A stretch of 63,870 nt of DNA, counting the filler, from Octopus bimaculoides (Eukaryota): assembly GCF_001194135.2 (NCBI RefSeq). It is 5 parts of 5 records of this genome, joined end to end, with 100 filler letters (N's around TTAATTAATTAA, not from the genome) between each part and the next. Parts side by side here need not be neighbours in the genome. Positions count along the whole stretch, not along the records: positions 49,884 to 62,579 come from NC_068986.1; positions 62,680 to 63,870 come from NC_068993.1; 3 more parts are not named here. One strand, written 5' to 3'. Positions 62,290 to 63,870 of the stretch are shown here, one piece after another. Position 1 is the first letter of the stretch. Each line of letters opens with the position of its first letter. The notes beneath the pieces are model-generated. The model saw only the letters and a program-made list of their open reading frames with translations. It did no database searches and was not told the origin of the DNA. Both the position numbers and the translations under genes were made by a program.

Positions 62290-62579
62290 AAAAGAAAGGA
62301 TCATTATTATTATTATTTTATGTTTGACTTTTGTTTTGCATTTGTACAAGTTGGATCCAAGTCTCACCCAGAGACCTCAAGAGACAACAAGTTAGAAGTT
62401 CATGTAGGTGTTATGCCTAGGGTACCATATATTTGTATTTGTACAGTTTTGTTCAAGTGAATGTTTAAGAAACCATAAGAAAATTATGTGTTTGCTTTAA
62501 AATTTGAGATCACATAGACAGTATTTTACGTAGGATATGGGCAGTTCCCATGAGCACTATCTTTTGAACTTCAGCCATT
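62290..62579 (-). mobile_element. 3' end of a second HERO/R4-type RLE non-LTR element, cut by a gap
   Basis: 62510..62578 encodes MAEVQKIVLMGTAHILRKILSM*, followed by an apparent 3' UTR and (AAT)n tail. Confidence 0.75.
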
Positions 62580-62944
62580 NNNNNNNNNNNNNNNNNNNNN
62601 NNNNNNNNNNNNNNNNNNNNNNNTTAATTAATTAANNNNNNNNNNNNNNNNNNNNNNNNNNNNNNNNNNNNNNNNNNNNTATATATAGGAGTTTGATAAA
62701 ATGTTATATGCAATTAATGATGTTTGGAAGAGGTGAGAGGTAAAAAATATTTAATCCATATGTTCACTGCTGTTTCATAATCTATATTCAGTTACATGTT
62801 AAAGTACCTCACACACACATAAGTCTACATCTAGATGTGCACATTTAGTTGTATAGTAGCATAATGTGCTGCATGATTCATCAGAACATTTTATGGGCAT
62901 TCAATATTTAACTGTTGATAAGCCAGCTTAACTCAATTTATATA

Positions 62945-63577
62945 CTGATATAGCTTTGAGGAAGCTAGGGATAGACAAGTGACTTGTGAAAGCTGTACAG
63001 GTCATATACAGAGGACTTGGCAGTAAGGTGAGAGTTAACCATGAGTACAGTGATGAATTTAGTATACAGGTAGGTGTTCATCAGGGTTCAGTTCTGAGCC
63101 CCTCATATTCACCATTGTCCTCCAGGCCAAAACAGAGGAATTCAAGACTGACATCCCCGGAGAACTAATGATCTTGCTCTTATAGCAGAACTAGAAAAGA
63201 AATTCCAGGTGTGGAAGCGAAACCTGGAATTGATGGGCCTTAGCAGACAGGACTATACCGCCATCAAGTAAATGACCTTGCTTGATATGTAGGAAAGGTG
63301 TGGGCCAAAAATTCCATACAATGTATCCAGTGCAAGCTATAGAAACACAAACCTGCTGCAGAATAATAGGAAGGTTATCGGCGAAAATAGTGTTTGTATG
63401 TGGAAGATGCATGGGAGTCATAAAGACTGCTGATATACAGGAAATTGATTTTCTCAAAAACTCTAGAGGCTCTTTAGTGATAGAGCGACCTAATTAGCAG
63501 TTGGGGAGGGTGTATAGAAAGTGTAGTTGCTAGAATAAGAATAGGATGGAGAAAATTCAGAGAGCTTTTACCGCTGT
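62945..63577 (+). mobile_element. RTE-type LINE reverse-transcriptase fragment, frameshifted
   Basis: ALRKLGIDK*LVKAVQVIY, VGVHQGSVLSP, a decayed (A)DDLALIAE, a Cys-rich CRKGVG...CGRC block, and DLISSWGGCIESVVARIRIGWRKFRELLPL. Confidence 0.88.
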
Positions 63578-63870
63578 AGTGAAACTACCTATCGTCACTA
63601 GATACAAAACTGCTATCGCCATTCTTCTCATTTAAATATAAACAAACGCGAACGTAGCGGAAAACATTAACCTTGTCATCATGTGACTGATTAATATTCG
63701 AATCGGCAACTTCTTCGAACCGTTCCCGCCAGAACGCAAACTGACCAATCACGGCCCCTAATAAGGTCACGTGATAGAGTATTAAACTGAAGCATTCGGG
63801 AGCCGATAGTCTGTTATAAATAGCTTTAACTCATACCCAGCAAATTTGTCTCGGTCCAGTTTCTCTATAG

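Noticed and set aside
30624-62635. Four identical TTAATTAATTAA motifs in N-runs
   Set aside because: Artificial six-frame-stop scaffold spacers. They also mean contig order and orientation across these points is uncertain.

Overview
Repeat-dense, AT-rich animal genomic DNA with many assembly gaps. It is most likely an octopus/coleoid cephalopod, inferred from the tRNA-derived SINE families, extreme microsatellite load and a single-exon C2H2 array gene; no database was searched. The only convincing host gene is an 11-finger C2H2 zinc-finger CDS (13390..15093, -). The rest is several SINE families, RTE and RLE-type (HERO/R4-like) LINE remnants, a DD34D mariner, several MITEs and microsatellites. 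Almost all other ORFs in the track are microsatellite or gap artefacts. The most interesting unexplained signals are four. (1) Four unrelated minimal type I hammerhead-ribozyme motifs lie between 38.5 and 49.8 kb; two have a U4C core, one a possible G3-C8 swap, three sit in foldback structures beside (TA)n, and one forms a ~320-nt tandem, retrozyme/Penelope-pLTR-like unit. (2) A 12-unit array of dyad-symmetric sites keeps an exact 26-bp phase (51567..51878). (3) The ZNF has alternating R/Q-DK recognition helices, an in-frame upstream ORF cut off by a single TAA, and a 45-bp hairpin in its putative 3' UTR. (4) A 91-bp GG-ended MITE with an 8-bp TSD carries TTAGGG units.
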